From Octopus sinensis (lineage: Eukaryota), in contig NC_042997.1 of assembly GCF_006345805.1 (NCBI RefSeq), forward strand, positions 94,922,001-94,986,000: a stretch of 64,000 nt of DNA, written 5' to 3'. The notes under the pieces were generated by a model. It saw only the letters and a list, made by a program, of their open reading frames with translations, did no database searches and was not told where the DNA came from. A program made the translations under genes and the position numbers. Shown here in pieces: positions 63,730 through 64,000 of this stretch. How positions within the stretch are numbered: the stretch's first letter is position 1; every line of letters starts with the position of its first letter.

Positions 63730-63860
63730 ACAGATATGATGATGATGATGGTAATGATAATAATAATAATAGTAATAACAACAACAACAACAACAACAAC
63801 AGCAATAATAATAATAATTATAATAATAATAATGATGATAATAATAATAAGAAGAAGAAT
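63730..63860. repeat. (GAT)/(AAT)/(CAA) trinucleotide mosaic
   Basis: Directly visible. Confidence 0.9.
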
Positions 63861-63867
63861 GGTTTCA

Positions 63868-63985
63868 AAATTTAGCACAAGGGTTGGCGATGAGTCGATT
63901 CCGTTGACTCCAGTAGTCAGGTGAAACTTATATCATCAACTTTGGGAGGACGAAACATAAAGACGACCTCGGTGGCTTTTGTACT
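63868..63985 (-). mobile_element. Degenerate Meta-like SINE remnant
   Basis: gagtcgattccgttgactccagt...gacgacctcggtgg resembles the reverse complement of the central domain. Confidence 0.55.
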
Positions 63986-64000
63986 TATAACGCGAAGATG

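Overview
AT-rich, microsatellite-saturated eukaryotic genomic DNA, most likely an octopus/cephalopod. That assignment is inferred from my recollection of octopus tRNA-derived SINE families and repeat style, not from a database hit. No prokaryotic operons, rRNA, tRNA genes or CRISPR arrays are present, and nearly all ORF-track entries are microsatellite or antisense artefacts. The window is dominated by retroelements: R4/Dong-like RLE LINEs sitting in (TAA)n tracts (including a stack of three subfamilies at 43.9-48.0 kb), Tx1/L1-like APE LINEs, a degenerate Penelope-like RT+GIY-YIG element, older strand-biased L1-like remnants, about 16 SINE copies and a hAT-like MITE. Most notable: (1) a structurally complete minimal type I hammerhead ribozyme (55134-55178, minus strand) in an inverted-repeat element nested in a SINE; (2) a phase-compatible chain of candidate micro-exons at 57.0-62.7 kb encoding repeated tyrosine motifs, including a duplicated exon plus acceptor; (3) a similar but damaged stalk/TM/tyrosine-motif micro-exon cluster at 12.9-14.1 kb. 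The exon calls are by-eye predictions and need transcript support.
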